From Styela clava (Eukaryota), in contig NC_135256.1 in assembly GCF_964204865.1 (NCBI RefSeq), forward strand, positions 12,462,001 through 12,526,000: 64,000 bases of DNA, given 5' to 3'. Made by a program: the position numbers and the translations under genes. This document shows, piece by piece, positions 25,401-40,133 of the stretch (position 1 is its first letter; each line of letters starts with the position of its first letter). The notes beneath the pieces are model-generated. The model was given only the letters and a program-made list of their open reading frames with translations. It was not told the origin of the DNA and searched no databases.

Positions 25401-28400
25401 TGAAGAACTGCTGACTACTTTGCAACCATGTACGACAAATATGACAAACCTATATCGTTAGAACCTACGAAATATTCAGACATATTGATATATTTTGTTT
25501 CTCTTTGGCTTTAAAACATCTCATGTTGTGACTATAAGTTTGATGATGGCAATTGTCTGGCGACAAATTGGTCGGTCGAAGCGTGGGGGTTCTGGATGAA
25601 TAGAATAGGTAGAAATGTTTCAAAGATGTTAATATTAAGATAGATAGATGATATATATATATAGAATAAAAGGTTAGTGTGAGAATAAAAAGTATAACAA
25701 ATGACACTAAATTTAAATGCGTGCCATAATATATATATCAAACTAATTGTGCACAAAAAATTCCAAATAACGTTTTTGTTCCAAGTTCTTGCAATATTGT
25801 AATGCGGTAGTTTGTAAGCGAATATTTTATTCAGCAATATAGGTTGGCAACTGGTTGTTAAAACTATTGCTCAGTGTGATTTTAAAATCCGTCGACATTT
25901 GCTACTAAATTTTTTATGCAGTTGATCTACTCTATCTGCTACGTGCTATCTCTACTATTTCAAATTGTGATTGATACTTTTCAATTAAATCTTACGCCAA
26001 CATTCTACCTGATGGCGTTTTTAACCTGATAGGCCTACTGTGCAACTCATCTTGCTATAACAATCGTACAGCACTCTAGACTGAAATTATTGTCTTATAC
26101 TGAAGTCTGTGCCTTTCTTCTGTGACACAAACTAAAATAAATCTTAAACTGTGCGACTCGGAAAGCTCCGTTGTCGTTATTCATAATTAATTAGTGTCTT
26201 ATTTTTTCGGCGAGGGGAGTATGCTACGAGAAAATGAGGTGTTCGAATGGCCTATATACTTTGGTATAATCGCTAAAGTAGTGCTTTCCAGTACTTAGCA
26301 CAGTCACCAAACTACTGAATAAAGCTAGTTATGCGATCACTTTTTATTTTGTTTATTTATAATTTCTAGGCACCAGTAATGTGGCTGGCGCCGGACCATC
26401 CTTCCTCTAACGGAAACGTATGAATTTTGCAGAAGCACAGAGGAGTCACCGCGACGCAAACTCGAATCGACTAAAATGTCAAACATAATAAAGAAAAAGA
26501 GATTTCGTTTCATTTTATATTTTAAAAGGGCGAAAGATTTCATATATCAGGAGATTGTCGGTTTAGAAATTTCCATGCCTCACATGAAATATTAACCATT
26601 CCAGACCGCCTGTATTAAACCCACGACCATAAATAAGCTACCATTGTCCTACACTTTTTTGTCAAATGAAATTTTTTTGTAAATTGAAACTCGACTTCAG
26701 AAACTAAATTAAAGTATTTTGATGTATGCATTTATTATGTGACAACAATTAGGCCAAGTCGCACTATGCACAAATATTGTGCTGTGGATATACATTGTCA
26801 TTGTACCAATAATGATGAATGACCACGTATTTTCTATTAAAGCTCAGCTGGCCAAATACACTTAATGATGAAAAAGAACGACATTGAACTGCACTGACCA
26901 ATCTTGGTGTTATTATCTTCTGTTTTATTTGATTATTAATGAACCTTCAAAAGGAAGAAGACTCCTAAAAGATTTACTAAAATTAGTATTTTAAATAACA
27001 CTTGTTGAAATTCAAGCACGTGCTTTAATGTACCTTATTTATTGAATCAAATACTGCCTTAAAAAAGCTAACTAAAGGTAATAACCACAAATATATATTT
27101 CACGAAGAGATAGAATTCGTGAAATATATATCTGGTGCAAATGAAAACAACCTGCTCTGCTATCTTTTTGATCTAGGAAATCTATATAAAGAACGGTATT
27201 TTGAATTTTCAAATTCTTCCAAGCATTCTCAAAAAAGACGTTACGCATTCGCACACGACATCAACTATAGCCTTTAACTGGAAATCTAAATAAGGCCGAG
27301 ACTTAAAAACCGAAAAAAGTAGTAAATTTACCTGAAGAAAAAGAAGAATTATTAATAGGCGACAGAAGGGCCGTAAAGTTATGGACGTTCCTGGACTGTC
27401 AGTATGGCGTGGCGTAATTGATTATTTCTTGGTTATCGACACGATATTCGTCACCGCGGGACTGGGATCACAAATTCATAACGAATAAGCACAAAAGTGG
27501 ATCGTTATTTTCAGACACTGAATTTAATAAAACAATGTTTTTTCACTATACATTGAATGTTTTTAATTTTGCTTTCACAGCTATCTTTACGATCTCAGAG
27601 CAAACCTTCTTAGCACATCTATGGTCTTTCCTTGTGGAAACGATTCAAATTATTCATATAGAATGTATAAAATAAAGTGCTTGCTTTGAGTTGACAATAA
27701 AAATGTGAGACATGCTTGTCATTTTAAAAAAATCTCAGTGATTAGTTGAAAAAAATGCGCTTGTTTTACCCTGACGAAGTACCAGTTTGGTCGTAGTACT
27801 TGTGATATTAAAAATGGTTCTGATGTTTATTCCATGACCCTAACTCCGTACAAAAGAAATTACAAAACATACGAATTCGTATAAAATTTCTAATTCGAAT
27901 GCAGGTTTGCATGTCTATGAATAAAAATTATTTGTGATTATACCAGGCCCCTATTTCTCCCAATTTATAGAGTTACGTAAATAACTTTTTAAGCTGAAGC
28001 ATGATCTGATTCGTCTAAATCCTATCGCTGTCATACCCAACCCTTTTGCTCTATCTAATACTTGTTTACTTGTTTATTCCAGTGCATTCTCTTAAAAGTT
28101 TTCAACGTTTCACACGTAATGATGAGAAATTACTTTTAGAGCCAGATGGAAATTAATATTCTTTCTGCTAATTATTCCAAGGAGAGTCGTATGGTGGCCG
28201 TAAATATTTTTATTGTTCTGTCACTGACGCTTATGAGTTAGTTAATTATACGAGAATTACGTCATCTGCCCTTGGTGTCCAAACCAAGTTTATTGATGAA
28301 CTTCAATACTATTTCCATTTAATGCAGAGTTGTGAAAACAGAAGCTGTGGAAAGGAAAAAAACGCGAAATATACCAATGATTTGAAAAAATATAGGTTTA

Positions 28401-31039
28401 TGTTTACGAAGTGTGGTTTTAAGTTCCGAAAAAACTATACAATTAAATAAAACCAAGGTGTAAGTAGAATGTTTTCTGTGGATTTGTAAACTGTTAATGC
28501 TTTTTATATTAAGAGTAAATAGGAACAGATTTCTGACTAAATATATTGTTAACAGTATATTCCTTAATAGGTGTTTTATTTAAATAACACTGATGCAAAA
28601 TTACACAATTTTACTGACTCTTGATTTATTCATGGGAAAATTATTAAACGTAATGGAAAATGTTCCCATCTAAACACTGCGCGTCACACGCGCTAATACT
28701 AAAATGCCATTTCAAAACCGTTGTTGTTGGTGCAAATCTGTTGCCATAAAAACACTGCAAATGGCATTTTCTGTATTAGAGACAGCAGCAAAAATCCATT
28801 TGGAATCATAAATATGAAATGAGACATGCACGCGTTGCGCAGTTCTAATTTTTGTGACGAAAATTTGGGGAGACAAGTCACCGCGAAAGGTCCCAGATAT
28901 GTATAATTTATCTTTGAATCACCATTTATAAATTCGAAGCAATCCTACCACCCATAAGACCCAATTTGGAATCTGGCGTTGGCAGAAATATTGTTTTTGT
29001 TGTAACCTTATCTAGAGTAATCTATCTCTAACTTGTCAAGGTGTCGACTTTCGACGCGCGCGAAGACTCATCCCCGTGGTTAAAAATTGATGTGATGATA
29101 TCTCATGATGAAGCATGACCCGTCGAAAAAAAGCTAGAATTTTAAAATACGTTGGCTTGGTCAGAACTGAATCGCTGAAAGCCCTAGTTCAATTTTCTTC
29201 GGTTATTTCTTAAACTTGACATTTTTTAAGAATTACTCGGAAATTGTTCGTTTCATCAACTCCGAGTGAAGATTGGTGGTTTTACGGGCATGACCCGATA
29301 AATAATTAACAGCAAAAGTAACGAGTTTGCGTTAGCAGAAGATTGTTGGATTTGTAGAGAAATAATTGTGCTCAAGGTCACAACATGACTGACGATATAT
29401 ATAAGGTTTTTCATTTTTCCATGCAAGTCGGGAAATTGAATTCAGAAAGCTAAATAATCCATCGAAGACGAAAGGTCTCCTCCATTATAAACTTTGAAAG
29501 TATACCTTCGGTGTCTGACACTGCACTGCTATAACTGCACTGACCTTTGAAATATGTTTTGTGTTAAGTACGAAAGGAAGATATTTTGAATAACGAACAC
29601 TCAGAGTAATCTATTATTTTCAGTGAGTTTGTTACATTACTTTTATTATATAAGCTAATCCCAACGTTAGCTATAACTAAATAAGGCGACTGTATTCAGA
29701 AAAAAATGGAATACCCAAAAGTCCATTGTCGGGTTTAATAATTTCTGCAATAATGAATATAAATTTTATCTAAGCATCACCAAGGTTGGTGTACATTGGT
29801 TAGACGTGATACCCTTCTTCTAAAATACCCAGAATATCATGTGTAATTTTTTGATGCATTGCCATCGGAAACCACGAAATCAAGATAACCGACACGTAAC
29901 AAAATGGTGCAAGAGGTAGTTTCACGCGGCTCAACGAACTACGAGATTTACACTTGTTTTCTCAAAAATACTCAAAATAATCAATTAAGAATTATTTTTT
30001 TCTTTCTTATATAAATATCTCACCAAGTTATAGCGCATTTATTCACATTACAGTGTATACTATTTTAACATTACGACATCAGTATGAGTCGCATTTTATG
30101 AAATGGAATTGCCCATCGTATTAGTAATACTACAAATATCTGCCCAGTTAGGGCAAAACAACAATTGAATCCAACATTAATAATATTATCATTTTGCTGT
30201 TTATAATTAAACTTTAAATTTAATATATTTCTACATATCAATATATTCGACCAGACCCAGAGTGTAATAAGTTAGGTTGGGAATGCGGAACCGAAAAGAT
30301 TCTTCTTTCCGTGAGTTATCAGTAGATATTTTTACCGGGCTTTGATGCGCGAGTTTGTGCCTTTAAAAAATATATTCTTTTTATATATTCAGAAAAATGT
30401 TATTGTCATTGCTCGTGACTTCAACTGTCCCGATAGAAATATTGACTTTCCACACGTTTTTCACTCACTACCTCCATCGTTCGGTGACTGATATAACAGA
30501 TGATAGCCATTTTAAAACTGTATCCGTTTATTTCCAACGAGTGGCGAACCGATTTGATAATTTATAGAGAAACAATAAAACTTTATTTTCAATATCACGG
30601 CTTTAATTAAATTCGCAATGTCTACAATCTGAAACTTGTCAACAATCCTGAGTATGAACGTGAATGATTTCCAATCAAGTATTTCACACCAAAGATCCAA
30701 ACAAATAACTAACAACATATCGTGTTGACTTTTCTGTTTTGTTTGATTTCCCAGTGTGAGAACTACTGTATTACAATTTGACACCAAACAACTAAATTAT
30801 GTGACACTTCGATTAGATTTGTTTTCTTTTTGGAACAGCATGAAATTTATCCTTCGATCCTTGCCATCAATGGCAGTTGGTAATATCACAGTGATTTTGT
30901 ATAATTTTATACTGCTATTGTAACCAAATATAGAGCTAACAGCGCATATATATTTCAATATCATGTCAGCAAATGAAGATCAAATTGTAAGATTTTGAAC
31001 CATTGTTCGGTAACGACTACCTCATTAAAGTACATTCAC

Positions 31040-31261
31040 ACATAGAAAAAAATTCAACTAGTTGAACTAAAAAAGCCTGCTTTTAATTGCACTACAGGTC
31101 CTGATTTTATTAAAGGATTCTACTCATAAGATAAATAGAAAATGTACACCTGATATAGGAAAAATTTGAACTAGTTTAACAAAGATTCCTTTTAAAATTG
31201 CACCACAGATCCTGATTTTATCAATGGTTTATACCCATAAGATAAATAGAAAATGTATACC
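31040..31261. repeat. Diverged ~110-bp tandem duplication
   Basis: Two units sharing aactagtt, aattgcac.acag.tcctgattttat and cataagataaatagaaaatgta.acct. Confidence 0.85.
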
Positions 31262-34216
31262 TTATTCGAGCAATGTGTCACAATACTTTTGACCCTAACA
31301 AGTATCGATCAAAATGTATATAATACCAAATGATTATTCTGAATATTCCCAAAACATGATTCGATAGTTTCACAAATTCACAATTTAAAACACGTGTGCA
31401 ATGCAAATAATTACAAATATCAAAGCATTAAGCTTTATATACTCATATATATACACCCATCTAAGTTTGGGACGATTTATCGGTTCAGTTAAGGTAGTAT
31501 GTTTTTAATTGTCTACCATGATGTGGAATTACCGTGAAATAACAGTTAATATGTACATCGAAAAGATAAATGACGAATGGTCGCTACCTTATCAAATCAA
31601 GCACGATTTGTTATTTGTTCGATTTTTTCCTGTAACACATTGTGATTTAATTAAAAATATTCGAATTTAGTGTAGAATTTCTCACAAGTTTTATAAACGT
31701 TTGTGAACAGCGGGAGATCTCAGTTTAAACATTTTCTTCCGTGAGTCCATTAGTTGATGACGACATGATATGTTGGACGGATGGCGACTGGCTGAAGAAT
31801 TTCACTTCAAAATCTTAAATCTCGTCGGATTACTCTGGTTTATTTGCTTTGCTCGTAATCTCCCTAGGGATTTTTATTAAGAATTCAGTACAGGTAGAAA
31901 TTAAGGTATCGTACTTTTCAAGTTTATTAGATTAGACAAAGAATTGTTATTAGAATGGAAGTTGAGAGTTGTGCCTTGCTTCATAGCTCAGTATATTGCT
32001 TGCAGATTAGTTATTATCGTGTACTGAGTAGAGGTTGAGCTTTAAGGTAAAGAAAATTATTCCACATACATTTAAATTTAAAAATTAAGCGTTTTATTAA
32101 TGTCAAGTCTCGTGAACGCCATGTTTATTAGCGCTAGCGCACGTATACATAATATATAAAGACTACAAATGGTAATGTTTGAAAATTAACTATTATTCAG
32201 AAATATTCGCTATAATTGAATAATCTTATTGATGTAAAGTGTAGTCACGGAAATTGTCTTCCCCGAGTCAAAGAGTTTCAATTTTATAACACTGATTACA
32301 TATTAAACCCTTCGGTGATCCGACTTGATCTTTTACTATGACCAGAAAAACGAATAATGATCTAATTTCAACTCCAAAGTTCATTCTGTTGAATGGAAGT
32401 CGACCGAATACAAGCGCTCCCTCCATCTTGGCCATTGTAGAATAATCACGGGGTTACAAAATATAGAACCGCAGAAGTTTGCGAGTTTACTTCTGCAGAA
32501 CCTCATTAGAATTTAAGTTGTGAGCAATGCTTTCACAAATGCAAAAATATATAAACGAATCGAAGAAGCAATCGAACGCAAAATTTACTAATTTGCAGGT
32601 TCAGCATCGCAGCATATAAATAAAATGCATTAATAAACGATAAAATAATTTTTATGACAACTTGGGAGTTTAAAATCAAATCATGCATTTTTGACACTGG
32701 TGAACCATAAAAAACGGTCGATAGCGTGAATCTCAGAGGAATTGGTGTGGCATAGGATTGAAATACTAATCCATGTTATAAGATGCGAATCATGTCTATA
32801 ACCTCTTGTCTCACGGCGGTGTTTTGCTTTTGCTCATAATATGAATTAGCTAATATCACAGAATAAACAGAAACATAAAAGGATAGTAAGCAGCTAATGT
32901 ATTTGGTGCATAATGTAATTACCGCAGTAATCTAAAAATATTCACATAATGCACTAATCCAAACGATTGCGCTAAACCTCACACTTTGGAATCAAATCAG
33001 CGTACAATTATAATAATAAATTTAGCTCAGAAATCGACTTCATGTCCAATTGATGCTCGCATTACGTTTTTGTGCATTATTAGAAGTGGCAACAACAGTT
33101 TTAGATATTGCAGGCGCGAGGCTATCTGTCAATATGAATGTGTTATTGTTTCAAAATTAATATATTTACGTCAAGTAATATTTCGTGATAATAACATGCA
33201 CTTGCACCCTAGACCAAGTAGGTAGTTGTAATCGATTTTAATCTTCAGGGATGGTTATTGCGTTTAAATACGTTTATCACACGGCATATCACAGACTGCA
33301 AACAGTATACTAAAGAGACATCGTGACATTAGGATTTCGGCTAATCTGGCTCAATATACGAAAACATCCGAACCATATCATTGAATTATTGAGCTACGTT
33401 TTTAATGAGTACGAATAATAGCAAAAGATTCGGTATGAATGAAGTAAATTGAGATGCGTAAACCAGTACAAAAATGTGGGTTGAACCTTTCGGTGATGAC
33501 ACCTAAATTATGGTAAATGTCAGTTAGTTCATTGTGTAAATATCCGTCATAACAAGACAGTAAGTTTAAAACGCCAAATGCAAATGAAACACTCGAAAAA
33601 ATAACTGCTCACCATTTTACATTTGAACAAAACGCATTTCATTTAGCATTCAAATTTACAGGCAGTTCGCTCGCATCTAAGATTAATCGTTATCCATGCT
33701 TGATTTGGCAGTGACTCGTTTCGAGCCAGACTAACCAAAATCAGCATGATACGACACTGAAACGACAAAAGGCATTACGAAATTTCTTCGCGTTTCTCTT
33801 CGGAATGTATTCAGAATGATCTATACAGTGTGCAAGACCCGCAAACCACAAGGGAGTTGAGAATCAAAATTATCAATTCTTGTCTGACAGCAGAAAAAGG
33901 GAAAGAAATTATAAGAGACGGCGTGGGGCTTATGTAACTTATTAGTTTAGTTAGTGATTTAATATACACTGCAGAATAGGGTGAAATGAATTTGATTTGC
34001 CATGATATATATTACCAAAATGGGTAGAATGAAATAGATTAGGATGACAAGAGCTGATTCTAGTTATAAATATTATAAAAATGAAAAATTAGATTTTTTA
34101 CACTTTACGAGGGAAATTATTAATGAGACTTTGTGTAAAACAACATGTTTATTGCACGAAGCAGCATTTTTCATTTTGACGAAATACAAAACTTCTTTTA
34201 ACAGTGAATATTCAAG

Positions 34217-37200
34217 ATGAAAAATCTATTATTTTTAATGATATATTTGTGTCTATATGACATAACTCTTGCATCTTCGGAATATCCGAAAAGTTTTACG
34301 GGGGCGTCCGGTGATGACTCTGGTTCTGGAGAATATGGGAGTGCTGGATACAGCTCAGGGACACCGACATCAGATACTATACTACATGAAATAACAGTAA
34401 CAAGTGGCAACAAAAAAGAAGTAGCAACCACGCAAGCAACGATTCCTGATGAAAATGATCCCAACTGCATTTCTGGTGAACTGTGTGGCATCACACTATC
34501 CCCTTTTCCAACCAAAGTGTTAGATATTGATTTGGATGAAGACTCAAGTACATTCGAAGAAAATACTGTAACAGAAGCAAATAATTGCAAAATCTCCAAT
34601 ATCCTGATAAATAAACGATTGCGACAAATTGAAATTGAGCAAAAATTGCAGATCTCACGAAGTCAATTTTATTTTACGAAAATATTAGAAAAACTAGAAA
34701 AGATTGAAATGAGAAGCATATCAGATGGCCTAACAAAGGAAAAATATGATCAAAAAATGTCCACGTTTGAGAATCAAGTTGAAAACATTTACAAAGTTCA
34801 GGGTGAAAGTAAATCAAATTTGCAAAAGATAATATCATCGATAAATGATTTGAAAGAAAGAGATGAAAAATATAGAAAGGAAAATGAGGAAACACAGAAT
34901 TCTGAATTTACAAGTGATGAACAATATTCGACAATTGCTAACAAGAGCTACATTGATGTAAAATTTCTTGAAATGAAAAGATTTATCAACGAAAGCAGTG
35001 ATGTCATAGAACGGAAACTTGATAAAAAATTAGAGTCGACAGTGGGAGTTTTTCGCAAAAGTGTCGAAGGTAACGAGCTTAAAGTCTTTTTTTATTTTAC
35101 CAACTTGCATAAAAAGTTTGAACTTTCATTTGCGCTTTCTAAGTTTTTAAGTTTATTACGCAAACGGACCTTTACAATGTGGACCAAGTACCTTTTTCCT
35201 CCACCTAACTATTTTTTTTTTCAATACAGGCCTAAATAAGTAGAAATTTATCACACCAAATCGATATGATCTCCAGTGGGCAAATAGATTCCATCGGATA
35301 TGACAATAATTTCGATTTTTGGAATTGTTCTGAATAGTGTGCTTTTATGCCGAAATACATACATAATAGTTGCATAGTATATAAATCATTCAAGACCAGT
35401 ATTTTTATCACAAAAATGGCATTCTCATCCAATTTTAAGAGCATTGAAGTGAACGCGGATCAATGTATCGCATCCCTGGCATACCTTACATTGCAATATG
35501 TCATTGACAAATTGTATTCCTTGCATTGTCATTGCTGTCCACTTAATCACATGTTATCATTGGAATATGTCGCCGCCGTTGATTACGGCGTCTCTTGTCG
35601 CATATTAAAAGAATTTGTAATGTGTAAAGTCGACTGTCAATTACCGGACTGAAAGTCAGATTTCTCGTCCGTATATGAACATTCGTCACGTGACCGCCAA
35701 TTTTTACTCATTTCATTATACTACTTTCAGCTATTTTCATGTACATATTTCACGCCAAAGCTTTTTAAATCTCGTTTTCACACTTTCTGGGGTCCGGTCG
35801 ACGTCAAGCCTAGTAAACAACAGCTGATATTTCCCAGGTCTGACATTCAGTGTTGCCAAAGAGTCACTTGATATCTACTTGATTAGTGGTGAATATTGTG
35901 GTCAATGACAATGAATTTTCTATATATGTTGATTGCATCATTCAGTTGTGAACTATTTCTGGAATGTCAGTTTAAACAACACATGACACATGTCGCATCG
36001 TGTCTAGTTTGTAGTTGATAATATTCATTAAACGTTTTAAAAAGAGTCTTTCCATAATAAAGTTGTCTTTACCCCATGCACTTAGCCTACTTTAGAATAA
36101 TCTAAGTGCGCATTCTTGGTTTATTGACAAAATTTCCTTATTCGTTTAATTGAAGCAAAGGCGCTACAAGAAAATGCCCCGAATGAAGCCCGAACCATAA
36201 ACGAAAATGGCAGTTTCGAATTAGAAAATTCGACAGACGAAACACCGATGAACGACAATGAAAATCAAAAGAATGACGAATTGGACTCAAAAAGATCCGA
36301 TTATGCTAAAGTAACACTGTGCAAAACTTGTTGCCAAGAAGTTCCATTATCTGAATTTCTGGAGTCGCAGAATAATCAGGACCAATTTGGATACGTAAAT
36401 AATGCTCATAATGTAAGTTTGTATATTCAGCAAATCATTATTTTTTCCGTCAGTTTTTACATCAAATCGAATACTTTTACTTCATACATGTATACTGGTA
36501 GCTAATTTCATCTTAATACTCAAATGTTATACTCTTATTCGTGCAATTCCAGTAAAATATTGAATCCATATTCAGTTATTTTTGTTTCTAGGGTCGATAC
36601 CCCGGACAGATCGCGTACGCTAGTTTGTCAGAAATACGTCAACAACCGGTTGACGACAGAGACAGATTTCAAGATGAATTTGATATTGACTCCAATCTAG
36701 AACAAGGTGAGAAGTTTTTCAAGGGTATTATACATAAGATATCATTTTCAAGATCGGTCGCGAAGTTTGAAAATTTGTTTTTTTATATTTAAAATATTTT
36801 GAAAGCAGATGCAACAGAGATGACTCCAACAACTGCCAGAATTCCGCTAGATTCCGGAATCGTGCTCACAACAGGGCAAACTACGACAGAATATACACAT
36901 CTAACGACTATAACATCTCGTCCAACCGTTGAATTTGAAAAGACGGTGGCACCAGCATTACTGCATCAAACTACATCTATATCTCAAATCGAAGCACAAC
37001 AAAGTTTACAAAACAAATCAAGTAACACGAGACCGACTACTACATTATTTACATTTTTATCCTCCTTGTATAGCAAAATCGCTCAAGAAGGCAAAAACTC
37101 GACTGAGAATCATGAAATAATTGCCAGACGTAAATACGAGGAAAATAGAATGGAATATCAGGATGTTCCGGAAGGAAAACAAATTTCAGTGACAACTTTT

Positions 37201-39504
37201 GACACGACATTAGCTGCAGAAACTCTCACAACGCCAACAACAAAAATGCCAACTCCAAAGCCTGAAAAGCACGGTATATATTATTGGATCAATTTGTTTA
37301 CGATGTTACCCTGTGCTTGGAAAGACATAAATTTCATAACTTATTGGGGACTGCCCAAACTAGAGCCATTCGCGGAATGAATGTACACTAAGTTAATAAA
37401 CCACGTTCTCAGGTTTAAATATGTTTTCTCAGATGCTATTTTTTTAAACAATGTAGAGCAGTAATTGATAACCAAGAAATCAAGACCAAGAAATCAAAAT
37501 TATTTCAATTTAATATATTTTTATTCTACTAGAGGGACTTGTAAGTGCTACAGTTTTACGTGAATATACCAAATTTGTTCATTTCTGTTCTAGTGATCCC
37601 AACCACATGCGCAGAAATTTATCGCCGCGGTCAGCGAAGAAGCGGAGTTTACAAAATCGGTCCTCCGTCCGGACAATCTTTCAATGTTTTTTGCGATATG
37701 GAAACTGATGGTGGCGGATGGACTGTAATACAGAGAAGGTTCGATTTGTTTCAATATCGTCAAAAATCACATTCACATATCATGCCGGATAAGCGGATTT
37801 GAAATTAGTTAAAAGCACCACTAAATCATATTCTGTTTGCATTAATTGTTATGAATTCATGCTACTTATGATATTCATGGTATATAAATTGTATGCTGCC
37901 AAACGCTTGAAACATAAACCTGTGGGGCTCTTTCACACATGATGACCCTGTTCTAACTTAACGTCCAAGTAATAAAAACTGAAATTTAGAACACGGTGCT
38001 TATATCCAAACTACTCTTGCACGCACAATTTATTTATAGATATAAATTACTGCATTTTTATACGGTTATACATATATTGCCGTTTTCAATTTTAGACTTG
38101 TTGGTGATGTAAACTTTACTCGTGGCTGGGAAGATTATAAAAACGGTTTTGGTTTTGTCAATGGTGATTACTGGATTGGATTAGAACAAATGCATTTGCT
38201 CACAACGGGCAGTAACAGGTATTTCCTGCATAGAATCAGAACATATATATATTAATTTATCATTGAACAAATATCTGTAATTCGACATTTTCTAAATCGC
38301 AGTGGATCAGTTGAATTATCATACAAAACACACTGAATTATTTTGGCATTACAGATAGAACACCATAATTGTTTTACTCTCAATGATTATTTTAGCTGAT
38401 GTATTACCAAAATTAAATGAAAAAGAGCTTTCATTCAAAATTAAACATTCTCTGATTTATAATAAGTAATAATATTAACCTTTGAACGCATTGATATATT
38501 GTAAATTCAGCCAATATATACACCGTTGCTATATATTATATTATTGACCGTACCATTTCTTTATCAGGCAAAAAACGAAAATGTCACTCCGTGTCGATTT
38601 GAAAGATTGGTCTGACGTCTCACAGTTTGCTTATTATAAAGTATTCCGTGTTTCAAATGAAGAGAAAAGTTATCGACTCTTTGTAAAAAATTATCATGGA
38701 AATGCTGGAAACGCACTGCAATATGGGTAATTTTGTTATTTCAATGGTATAACTCGTTAATTGTGTATTGTTTAGGATTTACCAGATATTCAACTGTAGC
38801 ATAAGTATTTCGGTCAGCGCAATGTGGCCCATGAGTGACTCGTACTTGACTAAAAATTATAGCTTCTTAGATGTTACAGAAAATGTTCTTATAGGAGTCA
38901 ATCGCCAAATTGGAAATATTCTACATCCAGAATTTTTAAACATTACAAACTGTTGTTAGTACCGCCTACCCCGAAAAATACAGTCTTTTTTTTTCTAGCA
39001 GCTCGTATATTTCAAATTATCCATATATATATATCGTAGATTTGTGTCACAATTTGTTATTTCTCGTCGTCCTTTTACTCTCTCATTTCCAGATAAGCCG
39101 CAGTTTCTTATACTAAACAGAACTTATGTTACCATAATTTCCATGACCAGTATTGATACAGTATTGATATTATGGTTAATCTAATTGTAGTAATATTTTA
39201 CAGTGAGAGCTATAATCACAATGGGCAAGGTTTCACAACCAATGATCGAGACAATGACGGTTATACTCATGGTAACTGCGGCCAATATTACAGTTCGGGA
39301 TGGTGGTACAATGCTTGTTTTGCTGCCAATTTGAATGGAAAATATTACAAAGGAAATTATCGTGGAATTCAGGACGGAATATATTGGGGAACATGGTATA
39401 GACTTAACGACGCAGCGACAGACTCGAGACATTCATTTAAATATGTCGACATGAAAATTAGACCGAGCAACTTTCTTTCGTCCACCCGCAGAAAAAATAA
39501 ATGA
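34217..39504 (+). CDS. Secreted fibrinogen-domain protein, fibroleukin/FGL2-like C-terminus, ~806 aa. Exons 34217-35069, 36156-36412, 36592-36706, 36806-37273, 37594-37738, 38096-38218, 38568-38726, 39204-39504
   Basis: Signal peptide [19 protein letters not shown]. FReD motifs [80 protein letters not shown] and GIYWGTW. Exon lengths sum to 2421 nt (in frame). Confidence 0.88.
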
Positions 39505-40022
39505 CATTAACCCACATTTTCTATGTTATTCTCATTTATATATTTAGGATGTTTCTAAAACGTTATCATAAGACTTGTATTCAACAGATACAAAAATATA
39601 TTTGATTTTGTTATTATTTTACTTTTGGTTTGGTATATTTTGGTATATGTTTAGTATTATCATGGTTTATCAGCATTATTTACATGTGAAACTATTGCTA
39701 CAAATAAGCTAAATTTCCAAAATATACAAACTCATTATAGAGATATAAAACTCATAATGTGATTTGAAACGCCTATATGATGTTATACATTTACTAAGAA
39801 TTCAAATATGGAATTGAACACACACTTATAATTTTATTTATTCAGTATTACATACTGCTATATATTTATTCAATCTTGTGATGTAAGACATGAAAATAAT
39901 ACAAATTAGAAAGTAAGTAGCTTCCAATTTTATGCAATTCTTGACATTCCTGTTTCTACAATTTAAATTATTGTTTATTGCTACTGCTACTTGTAATACG
40001 GAGTTTATAAAACATAATACCA

Positions 40023-40036
40023 TTTATTGAAATAAA
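40023..40036. terminator. Back-to-back polyadenylation signals of the convergent genes
   Basis: TTTATT-GA-AATAAA gives AATAAA on the - strand (40023-40028) and on the + strand (40031-40036), between stops at 39504 (+) and 40134 (-). Confidence 0.5.
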
Positions 40037-40133
40037 TGTTCTTGTCAACAAAATTTGATTGAGAAAACTCGAACTAAGACATTGAACCTAATTTCTAAAT
40101 GCGGGCTAATATGAAACTTTACTACAATTTGAA

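Noticed and set aside
27771-27800. Hammerhead ribozyme (CTGACGA + stem ACCA/TGGT)
   Set aside because: The required GAAA is replaced by GTAG and no stems I/III are evident; at most a dead relic.
28000-34200. T-box (TCACAC) sites upstream of the fibrinogen-like gene
   Set aside because: Scattered hexamers are not evidently above chance and show no clustering.
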